DNA of 59,726 nt, counting the filler, from an uncultured bacterium (GTDB taxonomy: Bacteria; Latescibacterota; UBA2968), in assembly GCA_964471275.1 (NCBI GenBank). It is 4 parts of 4 records of this genome, joined end to end, with 100 filler letters (N's around TTAATTAATTAA, not from the genome) between each part and the next. Parts side by side here need not be neighbours in the genome. Positions count along the whole stretch, not along the records: positions 30,279 to 45,008 come from CAYYGZ010000109.1; positions 45,109 to 59,726 come from CAYYGZ010000111.1; 2 more parts are not named here. One strand, given 5' to 3'. The position numbers and the translations under genes are program-made. Below, piece by piece: positions 38,994-49,221 of this stretch (the first letter of the stretch is position 1; each line of letters begins with the position of its first letter). The notes under the pieces were generated by a model that was given only the letters and a program-made list of their open reading frames with translations, searched no databases and had not been told where the DNA came from.

Positions 38994-40640
38994 CTAGTCG
39001 GCATCGGTTGAAAATGTCTTCCCCGTCGTATCGCGAGGCAGACCTTGCCGGAAGCTCGTGACGAAGGTTTCCGCATTCGATGCGTCGACATAACGCTGGT
39101 ATTCAGGCGGTGTATTGCCGTTCAGAATGCATCCGGCAACCAGGGGAGGATACAGCTCATCGAAACGGAGGATCTTGCTCGAGCCGACACGGTGATAGAT
39201 ATCATCTCGAGTCATCTCTTCGGGGTGTTCTTGACCGGACGCCGCAAGCAGTTCGGCGAGAGCCTTGACCGTTTCCTCGTGGTAGTTCCGAATCCGCGGA
39301 GCTTTTCGGTCAACGACAAGGCCCTTCACAAGATCCGGCTTCTGGGTCGCGATGCCGGTCGGGCAATTGTTCAGATTGCACTCCAATGCCTGGATGCAGC
39401 CGAGTGACAGCATCATTCCTCGGGCACTGGCACAGAGATCTGCTCCCAGGGCCAGCGCACGTGCCAGGTGGAACGCGGTCAGGATCTTTCCGCTGGCAAT
39501 GATCTTGATGTCCTTCCTCAGATCGAAGCCTGTAAGCGCGTCGTCGACGAAAGCCAGACCGTCCCTTAGTGGCATACCGACCGAATTTGAGTACTCGGGG
39601 GGCGCGGCACCCGTACCGCCTTCACCTCCATCTACTGTGATGAAGTCCGGTTTGATGCCCGTCTGGATCATTGCTTTACAGACCGCGAAGAATTCTGCAC
39701 GCTCGCCGACACAGAGCTTGAACCCGACCGGCTTCCCGTCAGACAGATCTCGCAGCTTCTTTAGGAATTTAAGGAGTTCGATCGGTGTGCTGAACGCCGA
39801 GTGCCCGGGAGGAGAAATAACTTCTGTGTGCGGCTCCACACCTCTGATTTTCGCGATCTCCAGAGTATTCTTGCTTGCGGGCAGGATCCCGCCATGCCCA
39901 GGTTTTGCGCCCTGTGAGAGCTTGATCTCGATCATCTTGACAGAAGGTAGCTGCGACCTCTCCCGATAGGTCTCCGGACAGAAGGCGCCATCGGGAGTGC
40001 GTGTTCCGAAATAGGCTGTGCCAATCTGCCAGATCAGATCGCCACCCGGTTTGAGGTGGAATGGACTGATCGAACCTTCACCCGTGTTATGTGCGAAGTT
40101 CCCCATCCGGGCCCCGGTATTCAACGCGAGAATGGCGTTTTCGCTGAGTGCCCCGTAGCTCATGCCGGAAATGTTCAGGATGCTCGAATTGTATGGTTGA
40201 GTGCAGGACGGACCACCGACGGTCACTCGAATATCCGGGTCGAAAGTTCGCGCATCCTTGGCGGCCATGGAATGGTGCATCCACTCATAGCCGACGCGAT
40301 AGACGTCCAGTTCGGTCCCGAAGGGTACGGTGTCAAGTTCCTTCTGTGACCGCTGGTAGACGACGTTCCGATGGATTCTGTTGATTGGGGTTCCGTCGAT
40401 GTCAGACTCGATGAAGTACTGGTAGATCTTGGGGCGGAGAGACTCCATAACGTATCTGCCCCGGCCAAGGATTGGAAAGTTGCGGAGGAGTGTTCGTCGC
40501 GGTTGGAAGAAATCGTAGTATCCAATCAGGACAACCGGACCGACGAGGACGAATGCCCACAGGATGGGCCGCCAGACTTGTGAGAGCAGCGCGATACCAC
40601 CACACGCTACGACCGAAAATGTGATAAACTCTTTACGCAT
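38994..40640 (-). CDS. FMN-binding glutamate synthase family protein (stand-alone GltB FMN domain, YerD-like) with N-terminal TM helices
   Basis: MSYGALS, NTGEG, EIKLSQGAKPGHGG, DGGEGGTGAAP, GCIQALECNLNNCPTG. Confidence 0.93.
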   Translation of the reverse strand: MRKEFITFSVVACGGIALLSQVWRPILWAFVLVGPVVLIGYYDFFQPRRTLLRNFPILGRGRYVMESLRPKIYQYFIESDIDGTPINRIHRNVVYQRSQKELDTVPFGTELDVYRVGYEWMHHSMAAKDARTFDPDIRVTVGGPSCTQPYNSSILNISGMSYGALSENAILALNTGARMGNFAHNTGEGSISPFHLKPGGDLIWQIGTAYFGTRTPDGAFCPETYRERSQLPSVKMIEIKLSQGAKPGHGGILPASKNTLEIAKIRGVEPHTEVISPPGHSAFSTPIELLKFLKKLRDLSDGKPVGFKLCVGERAEFFAVCKAMIQTGIKPDFITVDGGEGGTGAAPPEYSNSVGMPLRDGLAFVDDALTGFDLRKDIKIIASGKILTAFHLARALALGADLCASARGMMLSLGCIQALECNLNNCPTGIATQKPDLVKGLVVDRKAPRIRNYHEETVKALAELLAASGQEHPEEMTRDDIYHRVGSSKILRFDELYPPLVAGCILNGNTPPEYQRYVDASNAETFVTSFRQGLPRDTTGKTFSTDAD

Positions 40641-40779
40641 CCTTATCTCCCTAAGACTGGAGGGCTGTCCAGAACACCTGCGTGTTCAGATTTCGCAGGC
40701 ATGTGCGGACACACAACTGAGGTAGTTTCGTCCGATCAGCTCCTTGCTCGAAGCAATGCAAGAAGTCACCCTCACGGGG

Positions 40780-41181
40780 TTACGCTTCTGTGTCGGGTCT
40801 GGCCCACAAGATCAGGAGTTCATCAAAGTTGCCTCGATAGGCGACGAAGCCGAGGTAGGTCTGCAGGATGACCATCAGGATTGCCAGAACCAAACCGCTC
40901 GGCGCCAGCACAAGGTGAAAGAGGAATATCTGAGTGACTATTGGCGCGAGAACGATGAGAGCCAGCGGAACGCAGACTCCGGTAAGGAGCGCGATGCCGC
41001 AGACGATCTCAGTCATATTCAACACCGGTAAGAAATACATCGAAGCATCCAACGCACCTAACAGGGCACCGGCAGCCTCCGGCAGTGGAGGGGGCGTTAT
41101 GAACAGCAGGAAACCGTTCAGGCCGAAGACGAGGAATATCAGGCCCAGCAGTAATCGGGTGACCACAGGTCCAGTGGGCAT
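40780..41181 (-). CDS. DoxX family membrane protein
   Basis: RLLLGLIFLVFGLNGF, EIVCG, APIV..IFLFH; GGAGG RBS before ATG 41181. Confidence 0.85.
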   Translation of the reverse strand: MPTGPVVTRLLLGLIFLVFGLNGFLLFITPPPLPEAAGALLGALDASMYFLPVLNMTEIVCGIALLTGVCVPLALIVLAPIVTQIFLFHLVLAPSGLVLAILMVILQTYLGFVAYRGNFDELLILWARPDTEA

Positions 41182-41403
41182 AGCGCCTCCGAATCGCAGG
41201 AAGTTATCGCGGGATACAAAAGCTATAGAAACCATGCAGGATCAAGTCAAGAATTGGTTCTATACGGATGGGGTGCACGTCGCTCTGTGAACGCATCCCG
41301 TCTGGCCGGGCGCAGCAAAAAACCTAGCCTTGGGATTTCCCAAGAGGGCCACCGATGCTATCTTCCTTCCTCATCCTCTGGATTCAACATACAGGAGACG
41401 AAA

Positions 41404-42747
41404 GTGAGCACACAAGCTAGAAACGTGATCTGGATCTTTGGTGACCAACACCGCGCCCAGGCCCTAGGCTGTAATGGGGATCCCAATGTTCATACCCCTG
41501 ACATAGACCGGCTATCTGCCGAGGGTCTCAATTTCGAGAACGCACTCTCAGGCTTTCCCCTCTGCTGCCCCGCTCGAGGGTCCCTCCTCACCAGCCGGTA
41601 TCCCCACGTGTGCGTCCCCGGACACCAGCACCAGATGCCTCCTGGGTCCCGCACGATTGCGCACGCATTCAAGGACAGCGGATACCACACGGCTTGGTTC
41701 GGGAAGTGGCATCTGGACGGCTTCCAGGAGAGCAGGGAAGGCCGCGCGGCCATGCACATCGTGCCTCCTGAGAGACGCGGTGGCTTTGACGAATGGGTCG
41801 GCTTTGAGAACAATAATAGCCAGTGGGACTGCTGGGTTCATGGAGGAGAGGGAGAGGACGCCTTCCACGAACAGCTCCCGGGATACGAGACGGACTGCCT
41901 AACCGACATGCTGATTCGGTATATCGGAAAGCGTGGCCGGCTGGCAGAGAGCGGCGAGGATGAGCGGTTCTTTGCGGCTCTCTCCGTTCAGCCGCCACAC
42001 GATCCGTATGTTGCGCCTGCTGAGTTCATGTCGAAGCACACCCCAGCGGGTGTTGAACTCCGAGCGAATGTGCCGTCTGTCGATTCGATTATTGTTCGGG
42101 CAAGGCGTGATCTGGCCGGTTACTACGCGATGATCGAGAATCTCGATTGGAATCTGGGCAGGATCCGGTCTGCCCTGGCCGAGGCAGGACTCGATCACGA
42201 TACCCATCTGATCTTCTTCTCGGATCACGGCGATATGCACGGATCGCACGGTCAGTTTCGTAAGACATCACCATGGGAAGAGTCGATCCGCGTGCCATTT
42301 GTCATCGGTGGCACGCGACCCCGGTATGTGGGACGATCAGGTCGCTCCCGGAGCCTGCTGAATCACGTGGATGTCGCTCCGACGACACTCGGGCTGTGCG
42401 GGATCGACACGCCAGGCTGGATGGATGGTCACGACTACTCGGGTGAACGTGTTGGACGTGGCGCCGTAGCCGGTGGGCCAGACTCGGCATACCTGCAGGC
42501 GGTTATTCCGACAGGACACGGAGACTCGGTCGACCGACCGTGGCGTGGTGTGGTAACGGATGATGGTTGGAAGTATGTCGCGTTGGAAGGACAGCCGTGG
42601 ATGCTGTACAACCTGAACGAAGATCCCTACGAACTCGCTAATCACGCGCTCAACTCAAAATACGGGGGACATCGGAAGCGGCTGCAGGATCGACTCGGGC
42701 AGTGGATCTCGGATACGGGTGACGTGTTTGATCTGCCGGCGCTGTAG
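41404..42747 (+). CDS. Formylglycine-dependent sulfatase (S1, Cys-type)
   Basis: DQHR, CCPARGSLLT (CxPxR), GKWHL, PPHDPY, SDHGDM; no signal peptide. Confidence 0.95.
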   Translation: MSTQARNVIWIFGDQHRAQALGCNGDPNVHTPDIDRLSAEGLNFENALSGFPLCCPARGSLLTSRYPHVCVPGHQHQMPPGSRTIAHAFKDSGYHTAWFGKWHLDGFQESREGRAAMHIVPPERRGGFDEWVGFENNNSQWDCWVHGGEGEDAFHEQLPGYETDCLTDMLIRYIGKRGRLAESGEDERFFAALSVQPPHDPYVAPAEFMSKHTPAGVELRANVPSVDSIIVRARRDLAGYYAMIENLDWNLGRIRSALAEAGLDHDTHLIFFSDHGDMHGSHGQFRKTSPWEESIRVPFVIGGTRPRYVGRSGRSRSLLNHVDVAPTTLGLCGIDTPGWMDGHDYSGERVGRGAVAGGPDSAYLQAVIPTGHGDSVDRPWRGVVTDDGWKYVALEGQPWMLYNLNEDPYELANHALNSKYGGHRKRLQDRLGQWISDTGDVFDLPAL

Positions 42748-42779
42748 ACTCGGTCAATATGATCAGCGAGCTACGCTTC

Positions 42780-42959
42780 GAGAGCGGAGAGGGGCGATGG
42801 ACAGTGGCAGAGGCAATCGACCAAGATGTCCCGGCGCCAGAGATTACGCTTTCTCTGATGATGTGATTTGCCAGCCGCCAGGATGAGAGTTTTGGGGCAA
42901 AACCGCTGGCCGCACTCCGGAATCTGTTCGGTGGGCACGTTATCAAACCTGCAGGCTGA
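42780..42959 (+). pseudogene. gnd: C-terminal remnant of decarboxylating 6-phosphogluconate dehydrogenase
   Basis: Manual translation ESGEGRWTVAEAIDQDVPAPEITLSLMM*FASRQDESFGAKPLAALRNLFGGH; TGA at 42864-42866 replaces a conserved Arg. Confidence 0.85.
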
Positions 42960-43012
42960 CACCTGTTTTGGGTAGTGTCGCCCGGGATGTAAGACTCCCG
43001 GGCGATTTGAGA

Positions 43013-44302
43013 TCAGGTGCGCTTGCGCTGCACGTCCGCCTCGTAGGATTCCATCTCGTCGATCCAGGCCGCACCAGCCGGTACATCGGACCTGACACAG
43101 AGCATGTCCCATACCGCAGAGAAGGGCAGCGTTTTCGCGTCTTCCATCAACGCCAGCTTCGAGGCTAGCTTGCCTTCCGATTCCAACTGTTGGAGTTGCG
43201 CGGTCGGGTCGAGAAGACCGTAGAGGATCGCCTTCCGGGTCGCACGCGTTCCGATAACATATGCGCCAACCCGGTTGATACTGGCATCGAAGAAATCTAG
43301 CGCAACATAGACGCGCTCGAGCGCATCGGCTCGGGCAACCTCGAGAAAGACGTTCCGCACATCATCGCTGAAAAGGACAACGTGGTCGGAGTCCCACCGG
43401 ATCGGACGGCTGGTGTGGATGAGCAGTTTCTTGTGGAACGGCAGGTGTGCCGTGACCTTGTCTGCGATTGATTCCGTCGGGTGGAAGTGCCCCATGTCCA
43501 AACAGAGAACCAGGTTTCGTGACAGCGCATAGTTCGCGTAGAAGTCGTTTGATCCGACGGTGTAGTCTTCGACACCGAGACCGAACAGCTTCCCTTCCAC
43601 TGCATTGACGCAGGTCGGGCCGATCCCAAGGTCACTGTCAAAGATCGCATCTAGGGACTCGACCAATCGTTCGCGCGGCGTAAAGCGATCAGCCGGATGG
43701 TCTTTCATCCCGTCCGGAATCCAGTGGTTGTTGATACACTCACCACCCAGAGCAGTTCCCATGGCCTCCGCAATCCGGCGACTGGCGATCCCGTGTTGGA
43801 TCCAGAAGTCCCGAGTGTCCTTGTCCGGGTGGGCGAGCGTCATCAGGTCGTTTGCCATCGGGTGAGCGAAATAGGTCGGGTTGAAGTCGAGTCCGATCTC
43901 GATGTCCTTTGCCCAATCGATCCAGTTCGAGAAATGCCTGGGCTCGAGAGCATCTCGCTCAACGACTTCATCGCCCGTCTCGCAGTAGAAGGCGTGTAGA
44001 TTGACACGTTGTTCGCCCGGCAAGAGGTCGATTGCCTGTTTTAGGTCCTGTCGAAGTTCATCGGCAGATCTTGCCTTTCCTGGAAAGTTTCCCGTCGCCA
44101 TGATGCCCCCGCCTTCGACGGCCTCATTCTTTGTCTCGAAGCCGCCGACATCGTCTCCCTGCCAGCAGTGGAGTGAGATCGGCACGGAGAGTGTTCGCTC
44201 GATTGCCCGTTCCGCGTTCACTCCGAAGGCGGCATAGCGATCTATAGCACTCCTGAAATTGGCTTCTATCTGGTTGCTGCTGATGTTCTCGTCGTAACCC
44301 AT
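43013..44302 (-). CDS. rhaA: L-rhamnose isomerase
   Basis: ISLHCWQGDDV, ATGNFPGKA, DFNPTYF, WIPDG, LDMGHFHPTE, RPIRWDSDH, LDFFDASINR. Confidence 0.96.
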   Translation of the reverse strand: MGYDENISSNQIEANFRSAIDRYAAFGVNAERAIERTLSVPISLHCWQGDDVGGFETKNEAVEGGGIMATGNFPGKARSADELRQDLKQAIDLLPGEQRVNLHAFYCETGDEVVERDALEPRHFSNWIDWAKDIEIGLDFNPTYFAHPMANDLMTLAHPDKDTRDFWIQHGIASRRIAEAMGTALGGECINNHWIPDGMKDHPADRFTPRERLVESLDAIFDSDLGIGPTCVNAVEGKLFGLGVEDYTVGSNDFYANYALSRNLVLCLDMGHFHPTESIADKVTAHLPFHKKLLIHTSRPIRWDSDHVVLFSDDVRNVFLEVARADALERVYVALDFFDASINRVGAYVIGTRATRKAILYGLLDPTAQLQQLESEGKLASKLALMEDAKTLPFSAVWDMLCVRSDVPAGAAWIDEMESYEADVQRKRT

Positions 44303-44334
44303 GGAATCCTTCCTTTTGCCTCGCAGTGCGAGCG

Positions 44335-45008
44335 CTACTTCCTCGATCGTCTAGCTGGTTTCTTTTTGTATTTGGTGAGCTCGGGACTGTCTGGATAGAA
44401 GTCCGCAATCAGTTGTGTTTCTGGAGAGTCCGTTCCGTAGCGCCACGGGCTCCTGCCGACCTTCTTCCTCGCCTTCTGAGGCTTGAGAGAGAGGAAGCTG
44501 CACTGTGTGGCCAGCGCTTCGAACAGACGGTGCGCGATGAGCCGATGCCCGAGATCGTTGGCGTGGATGTCGTCCGACCCATCCGGACTGCAGCAGGTCC
44601 AGGGCGACCGGACCTGGGTGCTGTGGACGTCGACAAACAGGTGGCCCTGCTCCTCTGCCACATCGTTCAACAGCAAGTTGTAGAGGGTGTGAGTTTCGCG
44701 GTTGCCTTTGTCCCAGGATGAGCCAGAAATCGATCCGCCCGACTTGCTGGTGTAGCCCGGTGTGGGTATCGCATAGGTGTTCATCAGGACAATCAGGGCA
44801 TCCGTCTCGTTAACGATCGCCTTGAGCATTGTTTCGAGGTCTCTTCGGAAGTTATCGATCGGGGTTCCCGCTCTCACGTCATTGTAACCGTAGCTGATGA
44901 TCAGGAGGTCCGGGTTCTTGTCGATCACGTGCTTCCGGTATCGCTCGATGCCGATTGGACGTTTGCCCTGATACTCGGCATAGAGCGGACAGGACGTGGA
45001 TAGTACAT
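44335..45008 (-). CDS. SGNH/GDSL hydrolase (possible carbohydrate esterase), 5'-partial
   Basis: Block III SYGYND and block V DDIHAN; frame stays open up to the linker. Confidence 0.85.
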
Positions 45009-45108
45009 NNNNNNNNNNNNNNNNNNNNNNNNNNNNNNNNNNNNNNNNNNNNTTAATTAATTAANNNNNNNNNNNNNNNNNNNNNNNNNNNNNNNNNNNN
45101 NNNNNNNN
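45009..45108. other. Artificial contig-joining linker
   Basis: N44-TTAATTAATTAA-N44. Confidence 0.98.
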
Positions 45109-45551
45109 TCGATGCCTCACTGACCTTCCTCGGCGGGCCGATCGCTGTCGCGATCAAAGATACTGTCAGCGAGGTGGGAGAATACGCCGTAGCGGGCAAC
45201 ACTCTGATCTTCACGGTTCAGGGCGTTGTGGATACGCTCGGTTTCAGCGTGTTTGGGGATACGTTGAGCCTGATTCAGGAAGTGCCGCTCGGTGACTTCG
45301 GTACGCTTGTCCCATCGATCGATCCTGCAGGGGGGCCGCCACTTGCGGTGCTGCGTCTCTACCGTCTGCAGTCTGCTAGCGCGGATTTCGATGGTGATGG
45401 GTCTGTCGGGTTCACTGACTTTCTAGCGTTTGCAGGGCATTTCGGTAAGCACGCCGCCGACTCGGACTTCGACTCAAGGTTTGACCTTGATTCCAATGGC
45501 GAAGTCGGCTTTAGCGATTTCTTGGCATTTATCAGTCAATTCGGTTCGTGA
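45109..45551 (+). CDS. Protein C-terminus with dockerin-like/EF-hand pair, 5'-partial
   Basis: ADFDGDGSVGFTDFLAFAGHFG ... FDLDSNGEVGFSDFLAFISQFG duplicated Ca-binding loop-helix. Confidence 0.8.
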
Positions 45552-45571
45552 CGTGTCACAGGGGGGGGGAT

Positions 45572-45975
45572 ATGAAGGTCTTGATTGTAGACGATGACCC
45601 GGATGTCTGGTCATTCTTGTCGGATGGTGTCAAGGCGATGGGCGCCGATGTCATCCACACTGCAGAGAGCGGAGAGGAGGCTCTGGCCAAAGCCATACAG
45701 ATGCGCTACGATCTCGTCACGCTGGACATCAAGATGTCGGGGGGAGCGGTATCGACACCCTCGCGGTCATACGGGGAATGATGCCCTGGTCGGTCATCGC
45801 TATTGTGTCTGGATACACGGAGGAAGTGCCGGAGGTGGCGCTGGATCATAATGATCTCGTTCTCGTCAAGCCGGTCCGCATAGATGTTCTTGAGGATCTG
45901 GTCAAACTAACAGGTGAATTGGTCGAGAAGCGCGCGGCTATCAGGGAACTCGCGGGTGGTCAGAACCAGAGGTAA
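45572..45975 (+). pseudogene. Single-domain response regulator (CheY-like), frameshifted in G6 run (45739-45744)
   Basis: MKVLIVDDD...LVTLDIKM; one extra G restores SGIDTLAVIRGMMPWSVIAIVSG...VKP. Confidence 0.85.
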
Positions 45976-45980
45976 CCGGA

Positions 45981-47062
45981 ATGCCCGAACCCGAACTCAA
46001 CGAAGAGGAGCCGTCTGAGGCTGAATCTGGCGTGCACGTCGTCAATGAAGTGACGATGGACGACGGCGAAGTCAATTTCGGTGACTCCAACGAGGAGGTC
46101 GCGGATGACGTGCTGCGTGGCGGTGTGATCAGGGGCGCTGGCCACCTGACGATAAAAGGAAGCGTCCTTGGTGATCCCCGTGGCTCGTGCGAAATCGATG
46201 TTTCAGAGACAGTGGTCCTCGAGCAGAACATACAGTACGCCAAGATACGCGCGAGGCACATCGTTGTGCTTGGCGATGTGGCCAATACGGACGCAGAGTC
46301 TGGCCTTGATATGGAAGTCCGGAGCGGCCTGACGGAGTCGTCCGGGTCTCTCGGATATCGTACCGGCGAGATCCAGACCCTTAAGCGTCTCCGTGTCGAG
46401 TTTCAATCAGCACATCAAGCACTCGACGAGATCGAGGTGGATTGGGGTTGGCAGCTCGGAAATTCCTGAGGGACTACCATCAAGTCGATTTGAAGCTCGG
46501 CAATGTCCTCAATCCGACGGGACGGGAACTGAAAGTCAATCTGTAGCCTTTCTACAAAGCCCTAGGGGGTGGGAGAACGCCCGAAGAGACAGGCAAGGCA
46601 CTGCAGGAGTACTACTTAAGAGTCGCTGTTGGAATGCTCACCCGATCCAACAAGCACTACGTCAGTCAGAATCTGAGCCGTCACAAGATCTTTCTGAAGG
46701 TGATCGAAGAGTTACGAGAGCACATTATGGTTGTCAGACGAGCGGACTCGCTGAGAGAGCAGCTTGACTCACTCGAGCATCTCAAGAAGCCCCTCCAGTT
46801 GACATTTAAGGTCAGCGGCGAGATCTCCGGAGAATGCCGCATCCGGGCACTGAAACTCTCAGATGTACGCGATTCATCCTCCGGCGCTGTTGAGATGGAT
46901 GAGCTCTGGCCAGAAACCAAGCATCAGGCCATGGATGAAGGCTGGGTACTCGAGTCCTAGAGCCTGGCTGGCAAGAAGAGCGTGAACCCTTTCACATCGC
47001 CCCTGAGTCACGGCCGATTTGAGTTGAGAGATGAAATCGGCAGTTGGGTCCCAGCCAACTGA
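45981..47062 (+). pseudogene. DUF342/FapA-like beta-helix plus coiled-coil protein, disrupted
   Basis: GEVNFG...DDV..G.VI...G.LTIKGSV repeats; frameshift near 46440, in-frame TAG at 46544 and 46958; frame continues to TGA near 47060. Confidence 0.6.
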
Positions 47063-47079
47063 ATCCTCTTGAGGGCTAC

Positions 47080-47108
47080 TTGCGACATCCGATTCGCTTT
47101 GTTACTTT
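47080..47108 (+). promoter_or_regulatory. Putative sigma70 promoter with extended -10
   Basis: TTGCGA-N17-TACTTT with TG at the extended -10 position. Confidence 0.45.
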
Positions 47109-47118
47109 CTAAGTAATT

Positions 47119-47237
47119 GGAAAAACGGATGTTGCCCGGTCTGTCGTCTTCCCCCGCCGTGGACCCGCGCTGACGGATCTCCCCACGCTGTCGGCTGAAT
47201 TCCTTACGGCGATTTTCGGCAGGCCGGGAATTTTTCT
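47119..47237 (+). ncRNA. Candidate structured non-coding RNA (nested rod-like hairpin), family unknown
   Basis: 47135-47146 pairs with 47217-47228, 47155-47163 with 47201-47211, 47169-47176 with 47188-47195; G-U pairs favour the + strand. Confidence 0.35.
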
Positions 47238-47885
47238 GCCTGTCTCTCGGTGCCAGCCGAGGGGGCCAGTCGCACCCGGAGCCCCGAACTGCCCTTTGTC
47301 CCACTGTTTATTGCCTTCTTCTGTCTCGCTGGTGCGCAAGCCACTACTGCTTCCTGTATGCTCTCCGGGGGGGCGGCTGGACACGGTTAACTCTGGTGGC
47401 TCGACCCGTGCGTATCAGGCGGGCAGATTCAAGCTTTGCGGTATCGCCACCAGACCCGAATCATCGTACCAAACACGTGGGTGGGTCTCTCGCGATCATC
47501 TGGACGATCTGGCATCGGATCCCGAGGATATCCTCGGGAACGATACGTGTGACCGCTGATCGATCCCGTTCGGTCTGTTGATTGTGTTCGCGGGCCTGCA
47601 CGGAGCAGGATGCTCCCGCAAACCGATCGGGTTTGACTGATCCCGTGATGCGGGCCGATAATAATAAGACGATGCAGTATCGCCTTTGCGAGTCATAGTG
47701 GCCTGGATCCTGTCGTTCCGGATGGCCTGCTTACGTCTTGATCTGACGGTCCATCAGTATCTAGAGATCTGGCGGAATCGTCCAGCAATTATGGTTATCC
47801 TGGAAGACAGAGAACGCCAGCACCAGGCTCTCATCGGGCGGATCAACGAGATGTATCCCTTTTGACGACAATGGGGGGCGGATCG

Positions 47886-48527
47886 ATGAGACCGAGCCTT
47901 ATATTCGTGTGTTCTTGCGTGTTACTGGCAGCCGGCACTTGTCTGGCGCAGCGCACCACAGTTAAGGAAGACGCGTTCACGCAGGCACAACGCTACCATC
48001 TCGGGGTTGATCGACCGAGAGATGCGAAGAAGGCCGAGCAGTTGTATAAGGCTGCAATTCGACAAGACCCGAAGAACGCCGATGCTCAGTACAATCTGGC
48101 TCATCTGTACTTTCTACAAAAACGGTATGATCTTGCGGCAAGGGCCTATCGAGATGTGATCAAGCGCGATCCTGAAGACGCGGACGCTTATAACAACCTC
48201 GGGACGGTCTATGAGCGTCAGGGCAAGGTCAATGCAGCCCGGAAGCTCTATTTGCGGGCGACAAAATCCAAGCGACCGGTCGTGGCAGCCTACTATAATC
48301 TTGCTCGTCTCTACCTGGCATCAGGTGACGAAGAAAGGGCGCGCCTCGCTGTGGAAAAGGCGATGGGGCTCGAGCCAGAGAACGAGGCATACCTCAAACT
48401 GCACTCGAAAGTGCTGGGTGATGTGGGCCGGCTCTCCAATGCGACCATCGGGATCGTACTCGGCGGGCTCGCGGTCATGGTGGCGGGCGGCTGTGTCATT
48501 CTGTATAAAGGAAAATTACTCGCGTGA
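47886..48527 (+). CDS. TPR-repeat protein with signal peptide and C-terminal TM helix
   Basis: AQYNLAHLY, AYNNLGTVY, AYYNLARLY. Confidence 0.9.
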   Translation: MRPSLIFVCSCVLLAAGTCLAQRTTVKEDAFTQAQRYHLGVDRPRDAKKAEQLYKAAIRQDPKNADAQYNLAHLYFLQKRYDLAARAYRDVIKRDPEDADAYNNLGTVYERQGKVNAARKLYLRATKSKRPVVAAYYNLARLYLASGDEERARLAVEKAMGLEPENEAYLKLHSKVLGDVGRLSNATIGIVLGGLAVMVAGGCVILYKGKLLA

Positions 48528-49219
48528 GTTTTTGGATCGGATTGTTCGTAATCCTGGAGGTCTGCAATGTCTTCGGTCAGGAGCAACCGGAGCCGATCTC
48601 GGATATTCTGGACTCGTTGTTTCTGGAAGGCGATTCCCTTGTCGTCACCCTGGATCCCGCGCTGGCAGGTGCCATCCTTTCCATGGAGATCGGTGACAAT
48701 GAGGCGGCCGCAGCAGAATTGGAAGACATTATCTTCCAGTCTCCCGGACACCTGCAGGCCCTCAGATTGCAGGCCAGTTGCTACATCCGATTGCAAAATG
48801 TAGAGAGTGCCATCGCCACGTGTTTGCAGATAACCGCACACGATTCACTCGATACCACCGCTCAAACCACACTCGGATACCTCTACCAGAGGGCCGGTGA
48901 CGCGGACAATGCAGAGCTATACTACTCGCTAGCGATAGAAAAATCTCCCGATGCCTATCAAGCGATATTCGGTCTTGGATGGATTCAGCTCGATCGGCAG
49001 AATCTCGATGCTGCCCACGATGCATCAACACGGATCACCGAGATTGCGCCGGACTACGCACCGAACTACATCCTTCTGGGGCGCGTGCTGACGGTCAAGG
49101 GTTTCTACAAGGAAGCAGCAAGGGCATTCAGGCGGGGATTTGGGCTCGATGCGTCTCTCAGGAACCGTTACGGCATCCTGCTGCAAGAACTGACAATCCG
49201 TCACCGATTGAGCCGTTGA
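48524..49219 (+). CDS. TPR-repeat protein
   Basis: LGYLYQRAGD..NAELYY, FGLGWI, YILLGRVL; overlaps the previous gene. Confidence 0.85.
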   Translation: MSFWIGLFVILEVCNVFGQEQPEPISDILDSLFLEGDSLVVTLDPALAGAILSMEIGDNEAAAAELEDIIFQSPGHLQALRLQASCYIRLQNVESAIATCLQITAHDSLDTTAQTTLGYLYQRAGDADNAELYYSLAIEKSPDAYQAIFGLGWIQLDRQNLDAAHDASTRITEIAPDYAPNYILLGRVLTVKGFYKEAARAFRRGFGLDASLRNRYGILLQELTIRHRLSR

Positions 49220-49221
49220 CT

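Noticed and set aside
46544..46960. In-frame TAG/TGA codons as stop-codon recoding (pyrrolysine, selenocysteine or alternative code)
   Set aside because: TAG and TGA end many intact genes here (feoB, porin, GH29), and the affected genes also carry frameshifts.
47330..47864. Degraded membrane-protein gene upstream of the TPR pair
   Set aside because: Hydrophobic fragments are interrupted by several stops; no family can be supported without a search.
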